A stretch of DNA of 62,902 bases, filler included, from Octopus bimaculoides (GCF_001194135.2; 9 parts of 8 records of this genome joined end to end with filler, not necessarily neighbours in it), one strand, 5' to 3'; shown: positions 34,551-48,584, counted from the first letter of the whole stretch. The notes: a model not told the origin generated them from the letters alone. A program made the numbers and translations.

Positions 34551-35590
34551 TACACACACACACACACATATACATAGGTGCTGGTGTGGCTGTGTGGTAA
34601 GAAACTTAGTTCCAAAACACATGGTCCTGGTTTGAGTACCACTGTGTGTTGACTTGGCATGTATCTTCTGCTATAGCCTCTGACCAACCAAAGCCTTGTG
34701 ATTGGATTTTGTAGACAGAAACTGAAAGAAATCGTATCAATCGTATATATANNNNNNNNNNNNNNNNNNNNNNNNNNNNNNNNNNNNNNNNNNNNNNNNN
34801 NNNNNNNNNNNNNNNNNNNNNNNNNNNNNNNNNNNNNNNNNNNNNNNNNNNNNNNNNNNNNNNNNNNNNNNNNNNNNNNNNNNNNNNNNNNNNNNNNNNN
34901 NNNNNNNNNNNNNNNNNNNNNNNNNNNNNNNNNNNNNNNNNNNNNNNNNNNNNNNNNNNNNNNNNNNNNNNNNNNNNNNNNNNNNNNNNNNNNNNNNNNN
35001 NNNNNNNNNNNNNNNNNNNNNNNNNNNNNNNNNNNNNNNNNNNNNNNNNNNNNNNNNNNNNNNNNNNNNNNNNNNNNNNNNNNNNNNNNNNNNNNNNNNN
35101 NNNNNNNNNNNNNNNNNNNNNNNNNNNNNNNNNNNNNNNNNNNNNNNNNNNNNNNNNNNNNNNNNNNNNNNNNNNNNNNNNNNNNNNNNNNNNNNNNNNN
35201 NNNNNNNNNNNNNNNNNNNNNNNNNNNNNNNNNNNNNNNNNNNNNNNNNNNNNNNNNNNNNNNNNNNNNNNNNNNNNNNNNNNNNNNNNNNNNNNNNNNN
35301 NNNNNNNNNNNNNNNNNNNNNNNNNNNNNNNNNNNNNNNNNNNNNNNNNNNNNNNNNNNNNNNNNNNNNNNNNNNNNNNNNNNNNNNNNNNNNNNNNNNN
35401 NNNNNNNNNNNNNNNNNNNNNNNNNNNNNNNNNNNNNNNNNNNNNNNNNNNNNNNNNNNNNNNNNNNNNNNNNNNNNNNNNNNNNNNNNNNNNNNNNNNN
35501 NNNNNNNNNNNNATATATATATATATATAATACACACACACATAAACACACACACATACACACATACATGTATGTATATGTGTATATTCA

Positions 35591-35900
35591 TATCTATTAT
35601 ATAAAAGTCAATGTCTTTATGTGTGTTTGTGTGTTACTTATACATTCGAAAACTACTGCACCAATCCTAATAAAATTTGGAACACAAAATCCAAGCCTAG
35701 GGAGAAGTGTAATGCTGTGTGTTTCATACAATTTCATGGACCAAAATTACTGAATGGATCCTTATGATATTTGGAACTTACATTCAATGCATAAGTGCGG
35801 GTATAATGCAATATGTTTGGTTTGAATTTGAGATGGCTTAAAGGGGGCAGAACCCTCATGAAAATTCATACATTTTCGATGCTGATGAAATTTCAACCAA
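35591..35900 (+). mobile_element. Helitron-like non-autonomous element fragment
   Basis: tctattatataaaagtcaatgtc...aaaactactgcaccaatcctaataaaattt. Confidence 0.4.
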
Positions 35901-36607
35901 AAAACGACCCTTCATCAGTTGTCGGCTGTGTATCTTCTCCTCATTCCCAGCATTCATCGACAATGTATATATCTGTGTGTCTGTGCTTGACTCCCACCCC
36001 ACCATCGCTTGACAACCGATGTTGGTATGTTTATGTCCATACCACACCGTGAGTTTATGTCCTCGCAAAAGAGACCGATACAATAAGCAGTAAGCTTACA
36101 AAGAATGAGTCCTGATGTGGATTTATTCGATTAAAAACGGTGCTCTAGCATGGCCGCAGTCAAATGACTGCGACAAGTAAAAGAATTAAAGAATAAAAGA
36201 ATATATACTAAAACAAAGAAGGGTTAATAAAAAGATATTAGTCCAGGCGAAAGACTTAAGCTCTCTACAGATAAAAGTGCAGCAGGCGATCAAAAAGGCC
36301 TCGTGTTCGGTATCGTATTCCCGGTAACCCGAAGTCTAAAGTCAAAGTTCACCATCAGTCAAGTTTGAAATCCATCATTGCATCACTCAGTTAACATGGC
36401 AGGTTTTTAGAGGATGATACATTAAACAGACAGAAATAATGGGTTATGTACGTTTATTTGCTTACAGTTTTTTTTCAGATATGCTTCTGGGTGCGTTCAT
36501 AGTTCAATTTTATTAGCCGATCGATTGATCAACTGAGAATATTCAATGACCCTCACATTGAGATTCTCTTCGGAGTTCGCCATTATTTCTGTCTATTGGA
36601 TATTCTT

Positions 36608-36960
36608 TTACCTGTTTCAGTCATTCGATAGCGGTCATGCTGGAGCACTGCCTTTAGTTGAACAAATTGACCCTAGGACTTATTCTATCAGTCACTTTTT
36701 ACGGGGACGTAAACACAACAACATCGGTTGTAAAGCGATTGTGTGTGTGTATGGGGGAACAAACACACACACATACAAACATACATATATATATGCGCAT
36801 ATATAAGACAGGCTTTTTTCATTTCCGTCTACCAAATCCATTCACAAGGCTTTAGTCGGTCAGAGGCTATAGCAGAAGACACTTGCTCAAGGTGCCACGC
36901 CGTGGGACTGAACCCGGAACTATGTAGTTAGTAAGCGATCTTTTTACCACACAACCACTC
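36608..36960 (-). mobile_element. SINE A, near full length
   Basis: Both head and 3' motifs in reverse complement. Confidence 0.8.
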
Positions 36961-37002
36961 TACCGTTTATGAAATGACATTTCTGACTATGGGCAGCAAT
37001 CT

Positions 37003-37450
37003 TTAGGTCACGATATCTCCGAGAATAATTGATGTAATACGCTGAAATTTTGCATTTGTAATACTTTGATACTTACCTAGATGCTGTTTTAGTGTGATTA
37101 GATACACTTCATTTGTCCAGAGACAATTGAATACTACCGCCCAGGGGTAAAAAACGCTTGAATTGTTGCATATGGCTATGAGCAACCCCACGACTAAGTC
37201 TAGGCCAACTTCATCAATGTCTTTGATTCAGCATCTAATATGTACCCCAGTCTGTTGGCGTTCCAAGTTAGAGCATATTATGTTAGATAGTTTGGTAGAA
37301 AAATTGATATAAAATAAGGGTGTGTTTGCCTTGTCGGTCATTTTGAATTTATAATTAGGTCATGAATATATAATGTGGACATTTGAATATTATGTTTTTT
37401 GTTAGAACTAACATTGTTCTTGATGTATGCTATATTCCGTTTGCCTGGGT
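37003..37450 (-). mobile_element. Possible decayed Penelope-like RT fragment
   Basis: VFNCLWTNEVYLITLKQHLGKYQS...TSIILGDIV loosely fits DDxFxIW...FxxxLN...SIxFLDI. Weak. Confidence 0.3.
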
Positions 37451-37504
37451 TTTATTCCAGCTGAGTGAGAGCATCTTCAATTTAGGTGTGTTCTACGTCT
37501 GAGG

Positions 37505-37727
37505 GGTTAGTCTTGCCTTAACGCAGTTCTCAGGGTTATTCAGTGTCACACAGAGAACATGACATGGTTGGCCCTTTCAATTACAAATGCAACTCATTTT
37601 TGCCAGCTGAGTGGACTGGAAAAACGTGAAATGAAGTGTCTTGCTCAAGGACACAATGCGCTGTCGCGAATCGAATTAGCAACCTTCCGATCGTGAGTCG
37701 AACACACTGACCACAGAGCTACGCGCC

Positions 37728-37803
<76 letters not shown>
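37505..37803 (-). mobile_element. SINE family C, followed by (CA)n
   Basis: Full head (gctacgcgcc) and central domain. Confidence 0.8.
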
Positions 37804-37806
<3 letters not shown>

Positions 37807-38074
37807 ATACACACACATATACACGTATGTGTATTGACATATATGATTACAGGCAAATAATGCTCAAAAGTTCACTTGTACTGACAAACGAATTCACAAA
37901 TGATTGAAATGTAAATTACATATCGATGAATGTAAGTTTACATAATGGATAATAGGTTGAATAAAATACTGTTTGTCGCTTGATGTTATTCCTTCAGTGG
38001 AAACAGCTGCGGGGAAAGAAAGCCAGAAGCGAGCAGAGAGAGAGAGAGAGAAAGAGAGAGTGAAAGAATGATGC

Positions 38075-38120
<46 letters not shown>

Positions 38121-39122
38121 CGAGAGAGAGCGAGAGAGAGAGAGAAAGAGGAGAAGAAAGACTGAGGGTATGTAGATATCTGTGTGTATGTTTACAATAA
38201 AGAATAGGAGACAGTGGGGAAGCAGTATATATTTATCATATACATGTATTTATCTTGTTACTTACGTGTCATATTATATTCACAGTTAGCCAGTCGCAAA
38301 CTGACCTTCAGCAGGGCAAGGAATACTGCTGTTTTAATGTTGATCGTGATGATGAGAAGATGAATGGTTTCCAGTATTAAGACAAGACCAACCATTGCGA
38401 GGAAGAGCAGTGTATGGCTAATTAGAATAATACTAGTACTTAATGAACAGGAATGCACGATAGAAATATCAAAGTCAAGTCAATCATGGCAGGATATGAA
38501 CCCAGAAAGCGGCATACGGTAACGAGTTTAGCCCTAATGTGGAGTGCCTTCTGCAAGTGTGTTCAGCTATTGCCTGGGGCCGACCAAAACCTTGTGAGTA
38601 GATTTGGGAGACAAAAACTGAAAGTAGGGTACCGTGTGTATATGTATATATATANNNNNNNNNNNNNNNNNNNNNNNNNNNNNNNNNNNNNNNNNNNNTT
38701 AATTAATTAANNNNNNNNNNNNNNNNNNNNNNNNNNNNNNNNNNNNNNNNNNNNATACACACATATACATACGTACATATACGTGTATGTCTGAGTGTGT
38801 GTGCAAATGTATGTATGCATATTCCCTTTTAGTTTTAGTTATTTGAAATCTCCCTGTAAGGAAGGAGCTAATTTCTAAGAAAGATACAAAGTTCTATCCT
38901 TAAAATATGAATAACAAAAATAAGTTTAGATTTTTAACTTGAGAGAATTGTTGCTTATTTTTATTGTTCGCGTACAAACTGTATTTGTAATGTGCGTATT
39001 AGCTGGTTGACTTCTTTTGCTGAAAATCCTAGCTTATACATACTGTCACTTGCGACATTTACTCACAAAACTCACGTACATATACACACTCTCATACGTA
39101 CGTATGTAAAATATGTATATAC

Positions 39123-39600
39123 TCATATATTATATATGCGAGTGATAGATTTTGCTGCTACAAGTAGAACCAAACATACTTTACTTGTAGAGTATGATTT
39201 TTTGAAAGATGTTACGTCTGCAACGCAGCTAAACTCTGTGACTGAACTCGAGTTTTCTTTTCTGTTCCAGGTAACTATATCAGACCGGTTTTCATTTGAT
39301 AGCAATTTTTGATGGAACTGTTCCACGAATCTTTCTTGTGTTATTGTCTTGAGAGAACTATAAACCCTTCTACTATTGAAACTTAGCAGAGGTGTTGTTT
39401 ATAGTTATACCAAGACTTTTCTTGGGATGACATTGTATATTGGTTTAGTAACAACACTATGTCGCAGTGGAAGGTAGTACCTAGATGATATTTTTGGCAA
39501 CTACTGATTACATGTGTTATGTCCGTCACACGAGAGAGACATAATCGACGTTTCTGATCGCATTTTTGTTCATGCTTGTTCATTAAGTATTACATAGTTA
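39123..39600 (-). mobile_element. R4/Dong-like non-LTR retrotransposon remnant (restriction-like endonuclease)
   Basis: RRLCLSRVTDITHVISSCQK (CCHC region) and NRSDIVTWNRKENSSSVTEFSCVADVTSFKK (cf. NRPDIVxWD...VEFSCPADxN..KK). Confidence 0.7.
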
Positions 39601-39761
39601 TCTCCCGCTCTTGAATTGCAAAAACGTAACTTTTGAGATGTGATGTAACACTCACAATTACATAATAGTCTACTTCCACTTTTGTATCATTATCCTCCTC
39701 AAGTTTACGAGATACCATTCGCTTCAAGTTAATGGTATACCTGCACGAATGTATGTATGTA

Positions 39762-39865
39762 TGTAGGTAGGTAGGTAGGTAGGTAGGTAAGTAGGCAGGC
39801 AGGCAGGCAGGCAGGCAGGTAGGTAGATAGGTAGGTAGGTAGGTAGGTAGGTAGGTAGGTAGGTA
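39762..39865. repeat. (TAGG/CAGG)n microsatellite
   Basis: Seen directly. Confidence 0.95.
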
Positions 39866-42331
39866 GCTGCATGTGAGAGATCCTTAGTCATTTTTAGACG
39901 GCTCCCTAGCAGAAGGAAATTCCGAAATAGTACCCGCGTCATTGCGAAGTGGGATATTTTGCTCTAGTTTGTTCCTATTCGGCTTTTTAAGTGAGAGTTT
40001 TAGTGATGTTGTTCCAGTTCTTACTGACTTTCGTTAAAGCACGGACATTGCTAACTCCCATTTTCTTTAACGTTTTGGATAAGATGATTTGCCAGATAAT
40101 TCGTCAACCAGCTAACAACGCATCACAAAGTATGTATGTTTGTGTGTATGTATGTATGTATGTATGTATGTATGTATGTATGTATGTGTGTGTGTATGTA
40201 TTATGTATGTGTGTGTGTGTGTATGTATGTATGTGTGCAATTATTCGAGTATATTTTGTTACCTACTTTTCCACGTTTAAACTTAAAAAATCCAATCAAT
40301 TAAATGGTTAAAGTTTGAGTTTTTTTTTTCTAAAACTTGTATTTACATTCTTGGTTTTGTTGATTGAACAAATCTATGGCCAAAAGCAATTCCAGTCGTG
40401 GTCATCCTGCCTTTTATTCCCACATACTGTATTTGTATTATCGAACGTGTTGTATTTTGAAGACTGTTGGGAGATTTGATTACAGTCTCTATCAAGTCCA
40501 GCAACTGCGCATATATATATATATCCACAGCAAATAAAGTTATTGGGGAAAAAATTTACACCATTTCTTCAAGCGAAATAATGAACGTAAGAGAACCACT
40601 ACGCATACTATTTCTGTGGTTAATGTTCTCAGTGTGACCTTTATCTTAAATAATTTCATGTATTTTCCATACCATAAACGAAATGAAACACTCAACTACA
40701 CCCATCTTATATCAAACCACTTCAGAATCATTAGTGAAAAATACGGTTAAAACACTTTAATGAAAAGTTGCTATAACGAAATAAGCATTCCTTGACTCTA
40801 CGACTTACTACAACGACATCTAGTCCGAAAGTAACTAGAACAAACAAAATGTGAAGACGAAAAAGCAATAGAAACATCGAAAAGTGTTAAACAACAAATA
40901 CAACGTAACTTTAAAAAACACCCACCGTTTCAAAATTGCAAAGTAACTCCAATAGCACATCCCCCTTAAATAATTTCTTACAATTTCCCACTTTCCAAAT
41001 ATGCAACAAAAATATTCAGTAAGAACTCATTTAAACTGTTCTATACTACTACATCCAGCTTTGCTAATATACTACCCTTTTTTTTTTTAATACCCGTGAA
41101 ATATATGAATATACAACTAGGCATAATAATCGAGACTGCAACTGTTGCAATCAAACAAACTGCCTTATGGGATATAAATGCTTCGAGAAATATATATAAG
41201 CTACCAATAATAAATTAAGACTCGCAATGCGTTTACAGGGTGTATTTTTTATTTTCGTTATACAATTTCGTTTTTGTATATATTTAGTACCATATTTGGT
41301 GTTTTGTTGTGAACAGATACATATATGATTATGTGTGTGTGTCTGTGTGTGCGTGTTGGGAGAATGGGGTGCATGCACGTAATGAATGATGAATGGAGTT
41401 GTTGGTGTTGTGTTTATATTTCTCACACGGTTTACAGCTGTTTCAATAAATCATATATGCTGGAAAACATAGAGAGAGCAACACTACATGTATATGTGTA
41501 TGTATGTATGTATGTATGTATGTATGTANNNNNNNNNNNNNNNNNNNNNNNNNNNNNNNNNNNNNNNNNNNNNNNNNNNNNNNNNNNNNNNNNNNNNNNN
41601 NNNNNNNNNNNNNNNNNNNNNNNNNNNNNNNNNNNNNNNNNNNNNNNNNNNNNNNNNNNNNNNNNNNNNNNNNNNNNNNNNNNNNNNNNNNNNNNNNNNN
41701 NNNNNNNNNNNNNNNNNNNNNNNNNNNNNNNNNNNNNNNNNNNNNNNNNNNNNNNNNNNNNNNNNNNNNNNNNNNNNNNNNNNNNNNNNNNNNNNNNNNN
41801 NNNNNNNNNNNNNNNNNNNNNNNNNNNNNNNNNNNNNNNNNNNNNNNNNNNNNNNNNNNNNNNNNNNNNNNNNNNNNNNNNNNNNNNNNNNNNNNNNNNN
41901 NNNNNNATATATATATATATATATATAAACATATATACATATATATACATATAATAAATCTGTGCGTGTATATGTATATGTATGTATGCACGTATGTATG
42001 TATACAAAAACGTCATTGTCAAAACAAAAACTCGCGAAATTAGTCATTATTCTAAAAGTGGTTCAATAAAATAGTAATTTTGTTCGGTTGTCCAAACAGC
42101 TGGCTGTATGAACGGCAGGGCAACAGACCATCTATCCTGAAATTCCTGAGTCGTGGCAGCCTATAGAGGAGTTAAAGAATTCAGAAAGAAGTGGGTCGGT
42201 TAGTGTGAGGAAGTGTGAGGTGTAAGAGAGGTTTAAGGAGAGGGGCAGGGAGGAGAAATAAAGGTAAATATATTGATTGAACTCAGCTGTTAGCCGGTTC
42301 ATACACTTTTAAATCACCTTACATGTATCTG

Positions 42332-42363
<32 letters not shown>

Positions 42364-42366
42364 TGC

Positions 42367-42399
<33 letters not shown>

Positions 42400-42489
42400 C
42401 GTAGATCCCACTTGTTCGAATTCATGGAAATAAGGACAAAATTATTTTTTAAAAACTGTTTAGTAACATCTCGAAACTAGGCAGACCAT

Positions 42490-42691
42490 CCTGATTAATT
42501 ACTCTTTGACTGCGGCCATGCTGGAGCACCGCCTTTAGTCGAGAAAATCGACCCCAGGACTTATTCTTTGGATGCCTAGTACTTATTCTATCGGGCTCTT
42601 TTGCCGAACCCGCTAAGTTACGGGGACGTAAACACACCACCATCGGTTGTCAAGCGATGTTGGTGGGACAAACACAGACACACAAACATAT

Positions 42692-42722
<31 letters not shown>

Positions 42723-43085
42723 ATATATGAGTATATGCATATATATGTACATGTATGTACATACCTTCATCTACATGTATATATAGATGCATATCTGGGT
42801 ACATGACGCTGCAAAACAAAACATGGACAAAATGATAAACAAGGTACAAAAACACACAGGCCACATAGAGAACATATCCTTCATCAGCTGCCACCATTAA
42901 AACACTGGCGTACACATATATACGACGGGCTTCTTTCAGTTTCCGTCTACCAAATCCACCCACAAGGTTTGGTCGGCCCGAGGCTATAGTAGAAGACACT
43001 TGCCCAAGGTGCCACGCAGTGGGAATGAACCCGCAACCATGTGGTTGATAAGCAAGCTACTTACCACACAGCCACTCCTGCGCCT
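42490..43085 (-). mobile_element. SINE A, full length, with expanded internal simple-repeat region
   Basis: Head at 43085 and 3' end at 42490, near consensus. Confidence 0.85.
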
Positions 43086-43813
43086 ACTGTTATTTTTTCA
43101 TGTAGTAATCTTTTCTTTCTTTTATTTTCAATTCTTCCTGTTCTTTATTCCTTTCTTGAACTACCTATACATTTTCGCATACAATTTTAATACTCCTCAC
43201 ACTTCCGCAACTTGGACTACTTTCTCTTTTGTTCCATATCAACACTGAATACATATTTATTTAACTACCTCACAGAACAGTTTTGACACTTGAAAACCTG
43301 CCATAGGAGAGAATCAGGGGTACATATATGGCATTTAACTTTTCAACTAAATCACACACACACACACACACATACATACACTTCCGTCTTAAGGCGTGAG
43401 CACACTTGATAGTTACCCGGAGGACCCATGAGTTTAGGGGCCCCAATTCTGATCTGCGTATGATGTACCTTGCTCTCAGTAAGTAAATATTAAAGGGCCC
43501 AGTGCATTGATTTGGCTGGGGCCCTATAGCGCTGCTAAGAACACCTTACAAACGCGCGCGCGCACACATACACACACACACACTAACACGCACACACTAA
43601 CTCACACAAGTCTCTTAAATTACAATATTGTCATAAATAAAGGATAAACAAATTTGATGATAGAGTCCTGTATTCCGCTAGAACGACAGAATGGCCACGG
43701 CTTGGATGCCTTTGAAAATGTTTGCGCAATCGTGTTTCACCTGTGATTAAACAACGAGACCGGGTTTTTTTATTATTAAATCGATGAAGACAACGACGTC
43801 AACATTCACTTAC

Positions 43814-43943
43814 CACAGTTGTTTTAGTCTTGCAGCGAGCAATTCCAGACAGATAGCTCGGTCCAGGGTTGCCAGTACTGACTGGACAGGCATTGAAGTC
43901 TATCTGTTTGAAATACATGTCCATCACTGACAGAGCTACTATT
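43814..43943 (-). CDS. Internal exon (130 nt, phase 2-0) of a GPR158/GPR179-like extracellular (Cache/EGF-like) domain protein: (R)IVALSVMDMYFKQIDFNACPVSTGNPGPSYLSGIARCKTKTTV
   Basis: Acceptor gtttttatttattccatag, donor GTG|gtaagtg, open frame. Resembles the invertebrate GPR158-like pattern VAxSxxDMxxxxxDxNxCPxxxGNxGPxxxxGxARCK (family assignment from memory). Confidence 0.72.
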
Positions 43944-44243
43944 CTATGGAATAAATAAAAACAACGAATATTTGTATATTGATAAACATATAAAAAAGAA
44001 GAAAGAATGCACAAAAGAAGGAATAGAAAAGAGTGCAATAAATATTGACAGTAACATAGGGTGGATGAATGTAAAAGTAAACGAAAAAGAAAAACAATGA
44101 AATCTGGTATTTTTAAAAATGAAATTCATACTTACGCACAAAAATCCCCCACTCGAACCAACAAAGGTGGGTCTGAGAGGCAAGATTCAACATTGAATCT
44201 CCTTTCACACTTTATCGTCGTAAGAAAAAGGGAAAATTCATGA

Positions 44244-44620
44244 GTGCTTAGTAGCAATGGACACAAGCAACGATTTCTTTACCGAATTGTTACTGGCGAC
44301 AAAAAATGGTGCCTGTACATCAATATAATGCAGCGTAAGGAATGGCTTAGTCCCGGTAAACAAGCGACACCGCACGTGAAACAAGATCTTCATCCGCGTA
44401 AGACGATGTTGTGCGTATGGTGGGATTGGGAAGGGATTATCCATTACGAATTGCTTGAACGGAGCCAAACGGTCAACGCGGAACTCTATGTTCAACAGAT
44501 GAAACGACTCAACACGGCCATTCAAGAGAAAAGACCTAATCGGCAGCATGGAGTTCTTCTGCTGCACGACAACACCTACCCTCATATCGCCAATATGACC
44601 AAGGAAGCTATTCAAACGCA
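44244..44620 (+). mobile_element. mariner (DD34D) transposase fragment, 5'-truncated and running into a gap
   Basis: FLYRIVTGDKKWCLY...WLSPG..HPRKTMLCVWWDWEGIIHYELL...LLHDN. Confidence 0.92.
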
Positions 44621-45007
44621 NNNNNNNNNNNNNNNNNNNNNNNNNNNNNNNNNNNNNNNNNNNNNNNNNNNNNNNNNNNNNNNNNNNNNNNNNNNNNNNN
44701 NNNNNNNNNNNNNNNNNNNNNNNNNNNNNNNNNNNNNNNNNNNNNNNNNNNNNNNNNNNNNNNNNNNNNNNNNNNNNNNNNNNNNNNNNNNNNNNNNNNN
44801 NNNNNNNNNNNNNNNNNNNNNNNNNNNNNNNNNNNNNNNNNNNNNNNNNNNNNNNNNNNNNNNNNNNNNNNNNNNNNNNNNNNNNNNNNNNNNNNNNNNN
44901 NNNNNNNNNNNNNNNNNNNNNNNNNNNNNNNNNNNNNNNNNNNNNNNNNNNNNNNNNNNNNNNNNNNNNNNNNNNNNNNNNNNNNNNNNNNNNNNNNNNN
45001 NNNNNNA

Positions 45008-45770
45008 AGCACCTTTCGAGCGTTGAGCTTCACGGAAGCAATATGGCCGATGCTGATGTCGCGTGATGACAAATGACTGAGACCTTTGGTAATATGCTGT
45101 GCTTGAGAAGAAAGATCCATCAGGTCGAGTGAAATCATAGTCGTGGCAGATACTGGTGTCACGCAACTGGCACCTGTGTCGGTGGCACTTAAAAGCACCC
45201 ATTACACTCTCGGAGTGGTTGGTGTTAGGAAGGGTATCCAGCTGTAGAAGCCTCTCAGCTTACCAGCCCAGGTCAAACCGTCCAACCCATGCCAGCATGA
45301 ACAACGGACGTTAAATGATGTTGATGATGATGATGGTGATGATGATGATGTTGATGATGATGATGATGATGATGACGACGACGACGACGATGACGATGAT
45401 GATGATTATGATGATGATGATGATGACGATGATATATGCGCGGACGTGGATGTGTGGCAAGAGGTTTGCTTCCCAACTACATGGTACCGGGTTCAGTCCC
45501 ACTGCGTGGCACCTTAGGCAAATGTCTTCTACTACAAACCCGGGTCGACTAAAGCCTTGTGAGTAGATTTGGTAAACAGAAACTTAAAGGCCGTTGTATG
45601 TGTGTATGAGTATGCCTATATTTGTACCCCACCACTGCTTGACAACCGGTGTTGAGGTTTTTGTCAGCTTAACTTAGTGATTCGGCAAATAGAATATGAT
45701 CAAATAAGTGCAAGGTAGTGTCCTTGGATGGCCGCAATTCGATGACTATAAGAAATAAAGATGCGTGGGT
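45008..45770 (+). mobile_element. RTE-tailed SINE with long (ATG/ACG)n tail (45008-45430) followed by SINE A (45440-45770)
   Basis: Family motifs. The tail explains the poly-His/Met ORFs in the track. Confidence 0.8.
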
Positions 45771-46399
45771 GGGGGCATGTATATGTGTATATATTAATCA
45801 GTCTGATGATGGCTTAACTGGCCTAAGCTTCGAAGTTACTATCAATACTATTCTTATATATATAGGAGATTTTGTTTTGGAGTTTGAAAATTCACCTGAA
45901 TCTGAAAACGTGTAGTAGTTTTTAAATTTTGTAATAGATTTATTCAAATACCAAACCGGTTTCGACATGTTTTTGCTTATCTGTGGCACAAATATATAAA
46001 TAAAGGGTTTAGAAGAATTTAAAATTACAATGTAAAAATCACGAAAACATGTTTAAACGATCAAATGTTCAAATGTTCACAGAAATTTCAATGAGTTTCA
46101 CAGGGATAGATAGTAATATTAATGTAAAAGTTTGGTGAAGATCATAACTAATGTACATTGTTGAAAGTTCAGTCATATTGAGTTTCTATATAAAAAAAAA
46201 AAGAGGGGAGAGAAAGAAAAAAGATAGAGAGAAAGAAAAAAGTTTTTTCACAATTTCTATCATGGCGCGTGTAGTTCTTTTTTCAATTTCAGTCTTAGTG
46301 CACGGGTCTCTTCACCTTCTTAACTTGTTGGAGTTCGAAATGTTATAAGTCCAAAGGATCGGGTTTTGATTGGTTATAATTTTTAGTCCATGTATAATT

Positions 46400-47600
46400 T
46401 CCCATTCCTTTCGATTGGTATTGAGTTTAGGGTGTGGCAGATCTTTGTATGGGAAAGTGAATATAAAATCACAGAATTTATTTAATGCTTTATTCCTACC
46501 TTTCCTAGGCTTGTTTCTTGCTAGTGATTCATCCGTTTTTCTTATCAAATAATTCCTTTGTTAGGCGCAATTTTCTGCAGAACTGTGAAATATTTTGTAT
46601 TTCATTCGAGTTAAGATATTGTGATGTTGGAGTAAATTTCAGCTCTTTCGAAAGAATATAAATTTTTCTGTACTGGAAGTTTTGGGATAGGCTATTAACC
46701 TTTAGTTTCTCATCTTCGGTTTGTACTAACGGGAGTCGTAAATTCTACCAGCTGTGTCTAAAAAGACCGATTTTTCAAAACTGTCCTTTTATTACCATTT
46801 ATGTATCCATCGATATTTTCTGTTATTATGACCGCTTTTGTACTGATTTTGTACATTTGTAGGTCTGAATTGTGGTTGTTTCTGTCTGTGTTTGTTTTTC
46901 ATGTTGTTATTTCTTCTTTAGTGTGGGTCTGTAACTGGTCGATTTTGTTGGATAAGATTGACCACTTGAAGGAGATCACTTTTAATTCCTTTAGGATTTC
47001 AAGCTTCAACATGTTGACGTTTTGGCCGAACTTTTGTGGCAATTTCATTCCTCGGGTGGTGAGTGTACGCAGGAAAGAAAGTTGTTTTACTCTACACGGG
47101 CAGAAATATAGAAAAAGGAAGTTGAAAATGTACAGGGAGTCTTTTAGGTGATTTATGTTTAACGGTTTAACCGGTTTCATATATTTTTTTGATTTTCAAA
47201 AGTTAAGTGAGATAAAAAGACGTGGGATTATGCAGCAACCGTCTTGCTTTTGACTGGAGTTGGAAAATTCTCGTTTTTATGGAGAGAATATGGTTGAAAT
47301 TATATCTGCTTAGGATACAGCTTGATTGTCAGAAATTAATCACGTGATTAAGCTGAGAAATTTTTGTACGTTCCCCTTACGTTTGTGCCTTAATTTCACG
47401 CAACAATCCTTTTTGCGTTGAAAGCTTGTATTGTTTATACGTAGTCATTAAATCTAGTAATATCTCTTTTATTGTCTGTGGGTTAGTAGTGTTTGTGTGG
47501 CTTCTTGCTTTTATTTCAGTGGTAGTTTGAATTTTTGTGTAAATATTTTTTCTTTATAATTTTGAATTGTGGTATGTTTGAATAAAGGTAAAGTGGAAAG
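46400..47600 (-). mobile_element. Possible decayed Penelope-like ORF N-terminal region
   Basis: Multi-stop A-rich frames loosely resembling the pre-RT region of PLEs; no catalytic motif seen. Confidence 0.25.
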
Positions 47601-47976
47601 ACATGGAATTGTGGGAACTTATTTGTCGAAGATAAATCAAAGAAAAGAAAGTAATCCAAAAGTTAAAGTTGCCATGTTTCACTACATGTGACTACTGAGA
47701 GTACGTACAGAAATCATATCCATTTAGTCAATGGATATACTAAATATATAAAGCCTCATTTTTTTACGGTCAATAGAGGCAAAAAAACAAGTCTTTTATG
47801 CTTTGACGTGTTTTAGATATTAGACTGCGGCCATGCTGGGGCACCACCTTGAACAATTATGCTTAACAAATCAACAGGACTACCTTGTGTCTTATCCTGA
47901 ATTGCAAAGTTACGGGGACGTAAGCACATGAACACCGGTTGTCAGTCGCTGGTGGGGGACAAACATAGGCACAAAG

Positions 47977-48071
<95 letters not shown>

Positions 48072-48300
48072 TGTACATATATATATATATACACACATAT
48101 ATATACATACACATATATATAAATACCTATATACATATATGTATATATATTTACATCTAAATGTCTATTTATATGTTTATAAATACATGTATATATACAT
48201 ACATACATATTTGTGTCTGAGTGTATAAGTGTATATGTGCGCATATGTATATGTGCGCGTGTGTGTGCATATATATTTATATATTATATATATATGTCGG

Positions 48301-48434
48301 GGAGTATTGTAATTCGCTTGAAGCATTGTGTATTGTTTGTAAAGAATAAAATGTTTTGAATGACACAACAATGCACTATAATACAAACAATGGACTATAA
48401 TAACTGTTGTAATTTAATCATCCATAGTCTGATA
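48301..48434 (-). mobile_element. Second copy of the terminal repeat found at 52601-52843
   Basis: Reverse complement of ~52707-52843 with few mismatches. Confidence 0.8.
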
Positions 48435-48552
48435 TATATATATATATATATANNNNNNNNNNNNNNNNNNNNNNNNNNNNNNNNNNNNNNNNNNNNTTAA
48501 TTAATTAANNNNNNNNNNNNNNNNNNNNNNNNNNNNNNNNNNNNNNNNNNNN

Positions 48553-48584
<32 letters not shown>

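Noticed and set aside
35882-35918. CTGATGAA...TTCATCAG, hammerhead-like on both strands
   Set aside because: No stem II complementarity before GAAA. Similar partial motifs at ~18485, ~39906 and ~45802 are too decayed to call.
45273-45566. Poly-His, poly-Met and poly-Ile ORFs
   Set aside because: Translations of the SINE (ATG)n tail.
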